Counted from the stretch's first letter, positions 1 through 8,541 are shown. The stretch is DNA of 64,000 nt from a virus (IMGVR_UViG_3300027741_000029:1-64000); one strand, 5' to 3'. The notes: generated by a model not told the origin, from the letters alone. Translations and numbers: made by a program.

Positions 1-22
1 CTGCTCGTAACACTATAGCGGC

Positions 23-637
23 ATGTATTTCAGCCTTCGTTGGTTGCAAGAATACGGTGAGATGTATGACATAGAAGTGGTCAAGACCTATGAAGGTTCT
101 GCAGTTTCTATGCAACATCTTATGGATGAAACCAAGGATGCCGAAGGCATTGAAGGTTATATCATTCGCTTTAACGATGGTCACATGCTAAAAGTCAAGG
201 GCGATTGGTACCTGCGTATCCATAAGACCAAAGACAATCTGCTTCACGAGAAGAACATCATTGAACTTCTTGTTGAAGAAAAGATGGATGACGCAAAAGC
301 GTTCATGTTGGATGATGACCGTAAGCGTGTTGAAGATTTTGAAACTGATTTCTGGATTGGTGTAAACCAAACCGTGAAGTCATATGATCACTATTTTGAC
401 ACGGTTACGGCTCATGGTCTTGACCGTAAGCGTTATGCGTTAGAGTGGATGCCTACTATCAAGGCACAAGACCAGTTCGCACCTGGCATTGTGTTTGGTA
501 AGTTTGATGGTAAGGATACTCGCAAGATGGTGTTGGACTTGATCCACAAGCATCTTGGTAGCCAAACCAAAGTAGATGAAGCCCGTTCACTATGGGGTTC
601 ATTCCGTTGGACTTATCACTTTGAGGGCGATGCCTAA
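23..637 (+). CDS. rnlA: T4 Rnl1-like RNA ligase, C-terminal part (5' part lies upstream, apparently across a 1-nt frameshift near nt 16)
   Basis: EGYIIRFNDGHMLKVKGDWYLRIHKTKD matches ligase motifs IV/V of Rnl1; in-frame TAA at 8-10. Confidence 0.7.
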   Translation: MYFSLRWLQEYGEMYDIEVVKTYEGSAVSMQHLMDETKDAEGIEGYIIRFNDGHMLKVKGDWYLRIHKTKDNLLHEKNIIELLVEEKMDDAKAFMLDDDRKRVEDFETDFWIGVNQTVKSYDHYFDTVTAHGLDRKRYALEWMPTIKAQDQFAPGIVFGKFDGKDTRKMVLDLIHKHLGSQTKVDEARSLWGSFRWTYHFEGDA

Positions 638-1050
638 TGTTGGTAATTGAAATACCGTATTGGGTTATCGCAACTGCTGCAATCATGGTCGCATGCTACG
701 GTGTGTGTGCCATGATTGCAGTAGGATTTGATATTCATGAGGGTAATTGGCGTAGCAGATTAAAAGACTGCAAATCGTGGGTGCTTTCCAAATATATCAA
801 TTACAGATATAAACATCAGGCGAATGTTACAATTGTTGAAGGCGCTCACGTATCTACTATTAAAGAATTATATCTTGAAATACGACAATGGGTTGCAGAA
901 AACATTGACAATCCTGAAAAAACATCATGGTCGGAAGCCAACGATATTGTAGCAAATAATGTTACACTTATAAGTTTAGAGCCAACAGTGTTTGTTTTTA
1001 AGTTTAAGCGAGCAGAAGATTTAACACATTTTGTAATGCGGTGGTCATAA
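637..1050 (+). CDS. hypothetical protein with N-terminal hydrophobic helix
   Basis: ORF coupled to previous stop (TAATG); hydrophobic N-terminus. Confidence 0.7.
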   Translation: MLVIEIPYWVIATAAIMVACYGVCAMIAVGFDIHEGNWRSRLKDCKSWVLSKYINYRYKHQANVTIVEGAHVSTIKELYLEIRQWVAENIDNPEKTSWSEANDIVANNVTLISLEPTVFVFKFKRAEDLTHFVMRWS

Positions 1051-1358
1051 TGATAGGATTTCATTTGCGGATAGGCAATCCTTTTGCTAAAAATTGGGTA
1101 GTTACTCGTAATGTTTTTTTACGAAATTACCGCATTACCAGACATAAACATTTTGAAATACAAGTTTCATTTTGGAGCGGTTTAGATGAATTTTTTAGTA
1201 TCAATCTTGACACTTGGTGGTTTGGGCGTAATCATGCTGGTCCAGAATTTGACTTGACAATACTGTGGTTCTATGTTAGTGTTAAATTATATGATAATCG
1301 TCATTGGGACGATGAGTATGAGTGTTGGGAAAATTGGGATGATGAACGAGCGAATTAA
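1050..1358 (+). CDS. hypothetical protein
   Basis: TAATG coupling at 1050. Confidence 0.65.
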   Translation: MIGFHLRIGNPFAKNWVVTRNVFLRNYRITRHKHFEIQVSFWSGLDEFFSINLDTWWFGRNHAGPEFDLTILWFYVSVKLYDNRHWDDEYECWENWDDERAN

Positions 1359-1572
1359 AGAACTTGCGCTAGATTCTGGTCTGTTGAACTATGTAGATCA
1401 TGAAACACCTAGACACTACTTTATTAATGGCAATGCCGAACAAGAAGATGTTGAAAAGTTTGCGCAGTTGATTGTGCGTGAATGTATGGAATGGTGTGAT
1501 GTTCATGCTACAATTGATGGCACTGCTCAAAAGATTCGTGATGATATAAAGAAATATTTTGGAGTTGAATGA
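1339..1572 (+). CDS. hypothetical phage protein (MNERIKELA-type)
   Basis: ATG at 1339 in frame with track ORF; packed operon. Confidence 0.65.
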   Translation: MMNERIKELALDSGLLNYVDHETPRHYFINGNAEQEDVEKFAQLIVRECMEWCDVHATIDGTAQKIRDDIKKYFGVE

Positions 1573-1748
1573 TGGAAGCAGAAATTGCCGCAATCCGTGA
1601 AAAGATTGCCAAGTTAGAGCAGTATCGTGATTTGGTATGGTTTATTGCCAATGACTCGTATGAATTGAGTTATGAAAAAGCACAACAGCAGCGTGATGAT
1701 TGGCGCAAACGCTGTCAGCGGTTGTTGAAAGAAGTAGAGACTTACTAA
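1569..1748 (+). CDS. hypothetical 59-aa protein, not in ORF track
   Basis: ATGA overlap with previous stop; MMEAEIAAIREKIAKLE...KEVETY; stop overlaps next ATG. Confidence 0.6.
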   Translation: MMEAEIAAIREKIAKLEQYRDLVWFIANDSYELSYEKAQQQRDDWRKRCQRLLKEVETY

Positions 1749-2029
1749 TGGGTGTAGATACCTTTACAGTTAGAACCTATCATTTGTCGCTTACTTGTGA
1801 TGCGTGTGGTCACACAGAAGAACACTCGCATGAGGAAAGCGAGAGGGATAACCTTGCTGATAATGTTGAACAGCGTAGTGAAAAGCGCAAAGAAAAATTG
1901 CGTGGTTGGCATTATTCTTATCACAAGATAGAACCAGTATGGGATGCATACTCAAGATTTGAAAGTCCAGATATAAAAGAAATGACACGCACACTGCTGT
2001 GTCCAAAATGCAGTGAGGAGAATGTATAA
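1748..2029 (+). CDS. small protein with two CxxC pairs (possible Zn binding)
   Basis: CDAC and CPKC; TAATG coupling gives start 1748. Confidence 0.6.
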   Translation: MGVDTFTVRTYHLSLTCDACGHTEEHSHEESERDNLADNVEQRSEKRKEKLRGWHYSYHKIEPVWDAYSRFESPDIKEMTRTLLCPKCSEENV

Positions 2030-2262
2030 TGTTTGTTGCTGAAAAATCCGATACTATAAGTGTTGGTCCAGATAATCCACAGTTCAGGTTTATTGATGGC
2101 ACACGTCTTGTGCCTCGTGCAGAAGTTAGAATTTTTACTGATGCGTTAGTTGAAAAAGAACGGCGATTGCTTGCAAGATGGGTAAAATTAGGTTTTATTC
2201 AAGCCTATGCTAATATGACCAGTGAAGAATATGTATTAGCGGCAATGAGGAATGGGCAATGA
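2029..2262 (+). CDS. hypothetical protein
   Basis: coupled ORF in packed operon. Confidence 0.6.
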   Translation: MFVAEKSDTISVGPDNPQFRFIDGTRLVPRAEVRIFTDALVEKERRLLARWVKLGFIQAYANMTSEEYVLAAMRNGQ

Positions 2263-2543
2263 ATATAGCATTAGAAGAAATCTTAACTGATTGGAGTTAT
2301 ATTCCACTGGCAGAATATGCTCGTGCCATCAATCTTGCACAGGTTGGTGTTGATGCTAAACTTGTCACAAGTAAGAGTGAGTTTAATCGCCTGGTAGATA
2401 GTGGTGGTATACGGCTAAACGGCACCAAGGTAAATGACCCCAATGCTTTCATCTTCTTTCCACCAAATAAAAACTTGACAGACATTGGCAGCAGTGTTAT
2501 TATGAGTATAGATCGTGATAGAGCGGATAAGGTTGGGTTATGA
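2259..2543 (+). CDS. stand-alone S4-type RNA-binding domain resembling the TyrRS C-terminus
   Basis: VDAKLVTSKSEFNRLVDSGGIRLNGTKVND. Confidence 0.65.
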   Translation: MNIALEEILTDWSYIPLAEYARAINLAQVGVDAKLVTSKSEFNRLVDSGGIRLNGTKVNDPNAFIFFPPNKNLTDIGSSVIMSIDRDRADKVGL

Positions 2544-2836
2544 CAAAGATTGTGTATAATACTTGTTATGGTGGATTTGGATTGTCCAAAGAGGCAATTG
2601 CTCGTTATTGGGAAATTCGTGGCGAAACTAAACCAGATGATTGGTATGTTTATGAAGTAAATCGTGCCGACCCTATTCTTGTGCAGGTTGTGGAAGAGTT
2701 AGGTGAGGCTGCTGCTGACGGCTGTGCTAGACTTGCCATCCGTGAATTGGCACCTGGTACGCAGTATCGCATTGATGAATATGATGGTATGGAAAGCGTA
2801 ATGACCATTGATGATTATGAGTGGAGCGTGGCGTAA
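2540..2836 (+). CDS. conserved hypothetical phage protein
   Basis: KIVYNTCYGGFGLS...EYDGMESV; ATGA overlap. Confidence 0.75.
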   Translation: MTKIVYNTCYGGFGLSKEAIARYWEIRGETKPDDWYVYEVNRADPILVQVVEELGEAAADGCARLAIRELAPGTQYRIDEYDGMESVMTIDDYEWSVA

Positions 2837-2997
2837 TGTTGCGTTGGTTATGGGATTTGCTATTCACACGCAGCCAATGGACTATTATAAAAGAGGTCAG
2901 GCTGTATGATCCTGACAATTTCAATACAACAACTGGCACACGCTATGTGCTGCAAAATCAGTTTGGAAATATCAAAAAGAAGGATGTGGTGTCATGA
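2836..2997 (+). CDS. hypothetical 53-aa protein, not in ORF track
   Basis: TAATG start and ATGA end coupling; MLRWLWDLLFTR... Confidence 0.55.
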   Translation: MLRWLWDLLFTRSQWTIIKEVRLYDPDNFNTTTGTRYVLQNQFGNIKKKDVVS

Positions 2998-3230
2998 AGA
3001 AGTATTTTAATGTGTGGAACTTGTTTATGTTGTGTTGTGCCTCAATCTTTGGGCTAACAATTTATCAGGCATCACTGCCGTATGAACCACGTGATGACAG
3101 CGATGGTCCGCATGAGAACAGCCACATGGAAGTTTATACTGACCACTTAACAGGCTGTCAGTATCTGTATCGCTATTCACTTACGCCTCGTATGGGCGCA
3201 GATGGCAAACAAGTTTGTAAGAAGGATTGA
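2994..3230 (+). CDS. small membrane-anchored protein
   Basis: N-terminal TM helix; YTDHLTGCQYL...LTPRMGADGKQVC. Confidence 0.7.
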   Translation: MKKYFNVWNLFMLCCASIFGLTIYQASLPYEPRDDSDGPHENSHMEVYTDHLTGCQYLYRYSLTPRMGADGKQVCKKD

Positions 3231-3234
3231 GAAC

Positions 3235-3627
3235 ATGGACGAAGAACTTAAAGCAAAAATTGCAAAGGCATCAAAATTGCCACCAAAAAGATACCCAACG
3301 TCAGAAGAAATTGCAGCAGATCGTGAAGCGATTGCTAAACATGTTAAAGAAACGCAAGTAAAACTTAATGCTATTGTCACAAGAAAGCGTGTATGGCAAG
3401 TGCGGTTCTTGAACGCTGTTGCTAATAAGTTGTATGCATGGGGCGATAGCGTAAAGACGCTCGCCAATAGAATTGACATGCCTACCTTGCCAATACCAAA
3501 GAAAACAGAAGAAATACCAGCGATGACCGAACTTGAAAACATTATTAAAGCAGCAGGCGTACCTGTTGACAAAACTTTTGTTCCCCAACCATATATTGCA
3601 TTTACAACCGAAGAAAAAAAGAAATGA
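3235..3627 (+). CDS. hypothetical protein
   Basis: ATG at 3235 just after previous stop. Confidence 0.6.
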   Translation: MDEELKAKIAKASKLPPKRYPTSEEIAADREAIAKHVKETQVKLNAIVTRKRVWQVRFLNAVANKLYAWGDSVKTLANRIDMPTLPIPKKTEEIPAMTELENIIKAAGVPVDKTFVPQPYIAFTTEEKKK

Positions 3628-3950
3628 AAAAGATTTTACTAGCAGCATCTCTGCTGCTTTCTACACCTGTATTGGCTGACCAACCTGCTACGCTTACCTG
3701 CTATTTCCAAAGTGGCGAACACTTCACCGTCGTAGGTCAAGGCGGAACTACTATGATCCAGTGGGATAATAAAAAGTTTTATAGCGCAATTTCAAACTTT
3801 GAAGCACCTTGGCTAACGGTGGTTGAAGTTGCAGAAAATGGCAGTCGCTTTAAGATGGCAATGAATGTCAAAACAAAAGAAGCATTTGGCGAAACACTAT
3901 TTGCAGATGGACACAAGAGCGGTGGTCCGCTGTGGTGTGCCTTTCAGTAA
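3624..3950 (+). CDS. secreted/periplasmic protein with signal peptide and two terminal Cys
   Basis: MKKILLAASLLLSTPVLA signal peptide. Confidence 0.7.
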   Translation: MKKILLAASLLLSTPVLADQPATLTCYFQSGEHFTVVGQGGTTMIQWDNKKFYSAISNFEAPWLTVVEVAENGSRFKMAMNVKTKEAFGETLFADGHKSGGPLWCAFQ

Positions 3951-3972
3951 TTAACAAAGGAGAAGAAAGAAA

Positions 3973-4167
3973 ATGACTAAGATTAAGGATAAGTTAGTAA
4001 AAGTTAACGATAACTTTACGATTAATATGTATGACAACGGTTTCATGATTGAAGTCGGTGGTCGTGATAGTGAAGATGATTGGAAGACTGCTAAGATCAT
4101 CGTAGGTTCAGTTGATGAACTTGTTGCTCTTGTAAAAGAAGTAGCAGAACTTCCTCGTAATGACTAA
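3973..4167 (+). CDS. hypothetical protein
   Basis: SD GGAG upstream; acidic 64 aa. Confidence 0.7.
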   Translation: MTKIKDKLVKVNDNFTINMYDNGFMIEVGGRDSEDDWKTAKIIVGSVDELVALVKEVAELPRND

Positions 4168-4378
4168 AAAGAAAAACACGACGGGCGTTCATATTTTTGT
4201 TGCTGAGTTAACCAAGATTAAAGATTGGCTAGACAGCGACTTAATGATGAGCGCCAAGAGTGTAAAGATTATCGTCACAAATGGCAATGGCATTGGTCAA
4301 GCGGTTGATGCTATTGCCATTGATGAGCGTGGCGAACAAATTGCCAAACTTGATGTAACTGATTACGAGGCTTGGTGA
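4160..4378 (+). CDS. hypothetical protein
   Basis: overlapping operon ORF. Confidence 0.65.
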   Translation: MTKKKNTTGVHIFVAELTKIKDWLDSDLMMSAKSVKIIVTNGNGIGQAVDAIAIDERGEQIAKLDVTDYEAW

Positions 4379-4584
4379 TGTTAGCAGACGGTTATTTTTG
4401 GGACATCAATCCTTTTGGGCTTATATTAGATGAAGACCTTCCCATCGCACAAATGGGTTGGAAAGATGGCGATAAGTTTATATTACATATAAGACCCAAT
4501 GGTCATCGTGCACTGGTTAGGCTTGATCCACTGCGTGAAGTAGTGGAAGATTATCAACGCAAATTGGATAGTGAAAATGAGTGA
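4378..4584 (+). CDS. hypothetical protein
   Basis: TGATG coupling. Confidence 0.6.
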   Translation: MLADGYFWDINPFGLILDEDLPIAQMGWKDGDKFILHIRPNGHRALVRLDPLREVVEDYQRKLDSENE

Positions 4585-4777
4585 AAAGAAAAAGTTTCCT
4601 ACACTAAAATTCAGTTGGACACAGCCACTTACTCACAATGATGGGTATGCTTGGATGGATGAACTTGATGAAAGTGATATGATGATGATTTATCTTGACA
4701 TGCTTGAGGTTGACGTTGAGAATGGCAAGGTAGATGATGCTGTTGCTATGCTAGATAAAATTGGCATCAAATGTTGA
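4577..4777 (+). CDS. hypothetical protein
   Basis: overlapping operon ORF. Confidence 0.6.
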   Translation: MSEKKKFPTLKFSWTQPLTHNDGYAWMDELDESDMMMIYLDMLEVDVENGKVDDAVAMLDKIGIKC

Positions 4778-4781
4778 GTGA

Positions 4782-5000
4782 TAAATAAAAATGTAGGGTC
4801 ACTCTGAATGGCACCTATAACTAGCTTAAAATATAAACAGTAGTAAAAACTAACTTTGAAAACTAACTTTAGAAAATAACTAGATTAAAAATATAACATG
4901 TAAAATAACTAGCATGATAGTAGAGTAAAAGAAAACTAGAGATTATTGGATTAACTAGCAGATAGAAAACACCGTAGATTAAACTCTGCGGTGTTTTTTT
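4782..5000 (+). ncRNA. candidate late non-coding RNA with 7 AACTA(G/A) motifs
   Basis: TAAATA at 4782, no ORF longer than about 11 codons from ATG, ends in an intrinsic terminator. Confidence 0.35.
4966..5000 (+). terminator. intrinsic terminator
   Basis: aaaacaccgtaga/tctgcggtgtttt stem (one G-U pair) followed by a T run. Confidence 0.8.
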
Positions 5001-5034
5001 ATCTAAATACCTTATCTAAAAAGGAAATCTCTCA

Positions 5035-5868
5035 ATGAAGAAACTTCTAGTAATTCTACTTGCACTACTAATCCCATCATTTGCCTACGCATGGAACCAA
5101 CGTCCAAATCAGCCAGATAGCGTCTGTGCTGCGTTCTTGCCATATGGTAAGATTACTGATACAGCCAAGCATGACACTACGCCACTATGCCGTCAAGGTT
5201 ATTTCATCATGCATGATAATGTTGCCAAAGAACCGCTATGGGCAGCATGGGATATCACACCAGAACACGTAAATGGTTGTGTTGCTCGCACCAATGCTTT
5301 TGTTGCTGATGTGGCACTGCCTGCTGACAAACGTGCTGCACCTAGCGACTATGCTGCTAGTGGGTATGACCAAGGTCATATTGCCAACGATGCTCACCAG
5401 AGTTGGGATGTACAGGTTGAGTTTGAATCATTCTTAATGTCTAATATGTCACCACAGTTGCCAGGTCTTAATCGTGGTATCTGGAAGTTGCTTGAAGGTT
5501 CAACAGGTGCTTGGACTTTCTCACGCAACCATACGCTAATCATCTATGCTGGCGATATCTATACTGCTGGCAAGAGCAAGACAATCGGTGTTGACAAGGT
5601 TATTGTCCCTGACTTCCTATTCAAGATTGTCATTGACAAGCAAACAGGTGAAACATTTGCGTTTCTATTCCCACAAGCAGAAGGTCAAGGCAATGATCTA
5701 ACAAAGGTTCAGGTAACTGTTGCTGATGTTGAAAAGGCAAGTGGTCTTGTATTCCCAATTCCACCAAATGCAAAGAAGACTGATAAGTTGCCACTATGGA
5801 CAACAGACTTCAAGGCAGTTGCTGCTGCAAAGAAAACTAAGTGCAAGGGCGATCCAGGCAACGACTAA
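5035..5868 (+). CDS. DNA/RNA non-specific endonuclease (NucA/Serratia family) with signal peptide
   Basis: YDQGHIA (DRGH-like), FLMSNMSPQLPGLNRGIWKLLE, VPDFLFKIV; late box at 5004. Confidence 0.9.
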   Translation: MKKLLVILLALLIPSFAYAWNQRPNQPDSVCAAFLPYGKITDTAKHDTTPLCRQGYFIMHDNVAKEPLWAAWDITPEHVNGCVARTNAFVADVALPADKRAAPSDYAASGYDQGHIANDAHQSWDVQVEFESFLMSNMSPQLPGLNRGIWKLLEGSTGAWTFSRNHTLIIYAGDIYTAGKSKTIGVDKVIVPDFLFKIVIDKQTGETFAFLFPQAEGQGNDLTKVQVTVADVEKASGLVFPIPPNAKKTDKLPLWTTDFKAVAAAKKTKCKGDPGND

Positions 5869-5897
5869 ATATTAGTTCATGCGAATGGACACTGATT

Positions 5898-5924
5898 AGG
5901 GGAAGTTTCGGCTTCCCCTTTTTT
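5898..5924 (+). terminator. intrinsic terminator with UUCG loop
   Basis: aggggaagt-ttcg-gcttcccct followed by Ts. Confidence 0.85.
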
Positions 5925-5939
5925 ATTATAAATATTTCT

Positions 5940-6398
5940 ATGGCTGACCGCATTTTATACTTTGCCTATGGGCATAATACAAACATTCCCGAATTAAAAA
6001 AACGTGTGCCAGATGCTAAGCGCATTGGTCGTGCTATTGCGCCAAACTATCAACTTGTAATGCGTCACTATACCGATATCATGGCAAAAGATGGCGGCAA
6101 AACCTATGGCGTACTATGGGCAATGAGCACAGAAGGTGTGCGAGAATTAAATTACTTTGAAGGCGATAACCGTGATTATTCACACGCCTATATTGAAGTG
6201 CTGTATAAAGGCAAACTATACAAAGCCTTGACCTTTGTTATGATTCCAAGCAAAGACAAAGGTAGGGAACCATCTGAAAAATACATTAAACGTGTGTATG
6301 ATGGTTATAAAATGAATCAGATACCGATTGACCAATTAAGCAGTGCAGTACGCAGCCGCACATCACGTGTTAACCGTGATAAAAAAGACATTTATTAA
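5940..6398 (+). CDS. gamma-glutamylcyclotransferase (AIG2/GGCT-like)
   Basis: LYFAYGHNTN, TYGVLW, LNYFEG; start 5940 is 5 nt after TATAAATA. Confidence 0.85.
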   Translation: MADRILYFAYGHNTNIPELKKRVPDAKRIGRAIAPNYQLVMRHYTDIMAKDGGKTYGVLWAMSTEGVRELNYFEGDNRDYSHAYIEVLYKGKLYKALTFVMIPSKDKGREPSEKYIKRVYDGYKMNQIPIDQLSSAVRSRTSRVNRDKKDIY

Positions 6399-6427
6399 TT
6401 GACATTGATATAATTAATCCGTATATT
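6399..6427 (+). promoter_or_regulatory. sigma70-type promoter, predicted leaderless mRNA
   Basis: TTGACA-N17-TATATT-N6-ATG. Confidence 0.75.
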
Positions 6428-6433
6428 AATAGT

Positions 6434-6670
6434 ATGAAACTAACGAATGCAAACGGCGTAAGCGGAGTACTATTACCTATTGGTGAAACATGGGTATTCC
6501 GTGTCTATCATGAGAATGGTGAATTTACCGATTATGATATTTTCCATAGCGATTTAAGTATAACCATTAACGATGGCGATGCTTACTTCTATGAACGAGA
6601 AAATGGCAGTGTGTATCTTGACCACTCTCCCCAAACTTTAGGAATTCGTAATGGCCTCTTGGATTTATGA
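6434..6670 (+). CDS. hypothetical protein
   Basis: first ORF after promoter. Confidence 0.7.
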   Translation: MKLTNANGVSGVLLPIGETWVFRVYHENGEFTDYDIFHSDLSITINDGDAYFYERENGSVYLDHSPQTLGIRNGLLDL

Positions 6671-6929
6671 AAGTCCAGACGGTGGTAAAACCGTCACTCG
6701 CCGCCCATTTGGAAACTCGGACGAAAACTTCAAAGAGATTCGTGTGCGTATCAACACACTTCCAAATAATGACCGTGAAGAAATCTGGACTACCAAAAAT
6801 GCCGCACACGATATTGTAGAAAATGCATTTTATGAAGCACTAATTCGTGAAGAAAATCCCACTGTCATGGAAGCATGGGAACAATATCAAGTACTACTAA
6901 ATTTAGCAAAGCAACATAACAAGGTATAA
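6651..6929 (+). CDS. hypothetical protein
   Basis: WIYESPDGGKTVTRRPFG. Confidence 0.7.
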   Translation: MASWIYESPDGGKTVTRRPFGNSDENFKEIRVRINTLPNNDREEIWTTKNAAHDIVENAFYEALIREENPTVMEAWEQYQVLLNLAKQHNKV

Positions 6930-6937
6930 TTATAATC

Positions 6938-7513
6938 ATGCAGGAAATTTATGAAAACATCGCAGAAAATATTGGCAGTAATCCACAACTACTTGGTCTC
7001 ATGGATTGGTGTCGGAGAGTCGATAGTATTACTATTGTTGGTTTTGGGAATGGGCTTTCTACTCTCATCGCATTAAGTACCAAGCCAAAGAGTATTACTG
7101 TTTATGATCATGTGCTACACGAGGGCATTAATGATTACCAAACACTGGCCAATGAATATGGCGTTCAGTTTGTGTTTCACAATCAAATGATTCTTGATTT
7201 AGAAAAAATTGAAGATTGTGATATGCTAATTGTTGATAGTTTTGCCGAAGGTAATTATGTCAACACCATTTGCAGTAAGTTTGCACAGTTTGTAAATCGT
7301 TATATTGTAGTTAATAACACCTTCAAGCATGCACACCAACCTGACCCAACAATTAGATTAGGCAATAATGCTCAGCCACTTGGCATTATCTTTGGGCTTA
7401 ATAGTTTCTTACAAAACAATGACCCGTGGCATATTGCTGAAAATATGTATTATGCACCTGGCTTGACGCTGCTTTATCGCAGAAAGGATTTGCTTGATAA
7501 TGGCCAAAACTAA
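6938..7513 (+). CDS. divergent class I SAM methyltransferase-like protein
   Basis: GFGNGLSTL...PKSITVYD; CDMLIVDS. Confidence 0.5.
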   Translation: MQEIYENIAENIGSNPQLLGLMDWCRRVDSITIVGFGNGLSTLIALSTKPKSITVYDHVLHEGINDYQTLANEYGVQFVFHNQMILDLEKIEDCDMLIVDSFAEGNYVNTICSKFAQFVNRYIVVNNTFKHAHQPDPTIRLGNNAQPLGIIFGLNSFLQNNDPWHIAENMYYAPGLTLLYRRKDLLDNGQN

Positions 7514-7973
7514 TTTAGTAGAACAACTGCGAGAACTGGACGCAGTTTTAACATCACGTGATCCAACCGTGCTAGATGCTTTCAAGCAAGCTGTTGTGTT
7601 GAGCAAAGTAGTAGAAAATATAAATGCACGAGGTCCACTTGAACAAATGTTTTGGGAACTGCAAGAGATGCGTCGTGAATTAGACCAACTTAAAGTAGAT
7701 GCAGTCAATAAAGACCGTGGCACATATTGGTCACCAAAAACTTATGAACAAGGCAGAAACTATGGCAATTGGGGGTTGAATACAACTCCATATATGCCTA
7801 CTGTAACATTGACTGATGAGCAGATTGCAGAATTAACAGACATAATGTATAGAAATCCTGTCACTACATCTACAACTAGTGGAACAGTAATGCCAGCATC
7901 TCCCACTGATGCGGATGCGTTTACAATGTTTGATCCTGATACCGGCGACTCTATGAGTGTTAAATATAAGTAA
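7500..7973 (+). CDS. hypothetical protein
   Basis: ORF; coiled-coil N-terminal half. Confidence 0.65.
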   Translation: MAKTNLVEQLRELDAVLTSRDPTVLDAFKQAVVLSKVVENINARGPLEQMFWELQEMRRELDQLKVDAVNKDRGTYWSPKTYEQGRNYGNWGLNTTPYMPTVTLTDEQIAELTDIMYRNPVTTSTTSGTVMPASPTDADAFTMFDPDTGDSMSVKYK

Positions 7974-7976
7974 CGA

Positions 7977-8192
7977 ATGGCAAAAGAAGAACTAATAACA
8001 ATGGAAGGCAAGGTAGTAGAGGTTCTACCTAACGGAGTATTCCGTGTGGATATAGATAATCATATTATACTTGCTTATACAAGCGGCAATATTCGCAAGA
8101 ACAAAATCAAGATTATTCAAGATGATCGTGTGTCGGTAGAAATAACTCCATATGATTTAACTCGTGGTCGTATAACTTATAGGTTTAAGTAA
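7977..8192 (+). CDS. infA: translation initiation factor IF-1
   Basis: [24 protein letters not shown]...[22 protein letters not shown]. Confidence 0.95.
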   Translation: MAKEELITMEGKVVEVLPNGVFRVDIDNHIILAYTSGNIRKNKIKIIQDDRVSVEITPYDLTRGRITYRFK

Positions 8193-8540
8193 ATGCAAGC
8201 AGTAACTATCACCGAAGCAGCAAGAACTCATATTCGTCGTGTCCTTATTGACATGGATAAACCATATCTTGTATTTGGTCTCAAAGGCGGTGGTTGTGCA
8301 GGTTTTGAATATTTTTGGGAACCTGCTGATGATGAATTATATGCGCAGAATGGCACACCGCACCTTGATGAAATGATTAGCGTAGGCGAGGGCAAGAGTC
8401 TTATCGTAGATGGTTCGGGGTTAATGTATCTGTTGGGCAGTGAAATTGATTATAAGAGCGATTTTGTAAGCAGTCAATTGGTAGTAAGCAACCCAATGGC
8501 TAAAAGTAGCTGTGGTTGCGGAACAAGTATTAGCGTATAA
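8193..8540 (+). CDS. iscA: A-type Fe-S carrier (HesB/IscA family)
   Basis: GLKGGGCAGFEY and NPMAKSSCGCGTS. Confidence 0.9.
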   Translation: MQAVTITEAARTHIRRVLIDMDKPYLVFGLKGGGCAGFEYFWEPADDELYAQNGTPHLDEMISVGEGKSLIVDGSGLMYLLGSEIDYKSDFVSSQLVVSNPMAKSSCGCGTSISV

Positions 8541-8541
8541 G

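Noticed and set aside
4808-4843. Micro-ORF MAPITSLKYKQ
   Set aside because: 11 codons, no SD, no supporting evidence; does not explain the repeated motif.
4846-4960. CRISPR-like array
   Set aside because: Repeats are only 6-12 nt with irregular short spacing; there is no repeat-spacer architecture and no cas genes.
5866-5924. ~50-nt small RNA between TAAATA at 5866 and the UUCG terminator
   Set aside because: The box overlaps the nuclease stop codon and may be coincidental; the hairpin is adequately explained as that gene's terminator.
5841-5939. Track's N-terminal extension of the GGCT ORF
   Set aside because: It runs through a terminator and late promoter; the real start is probably 5940.
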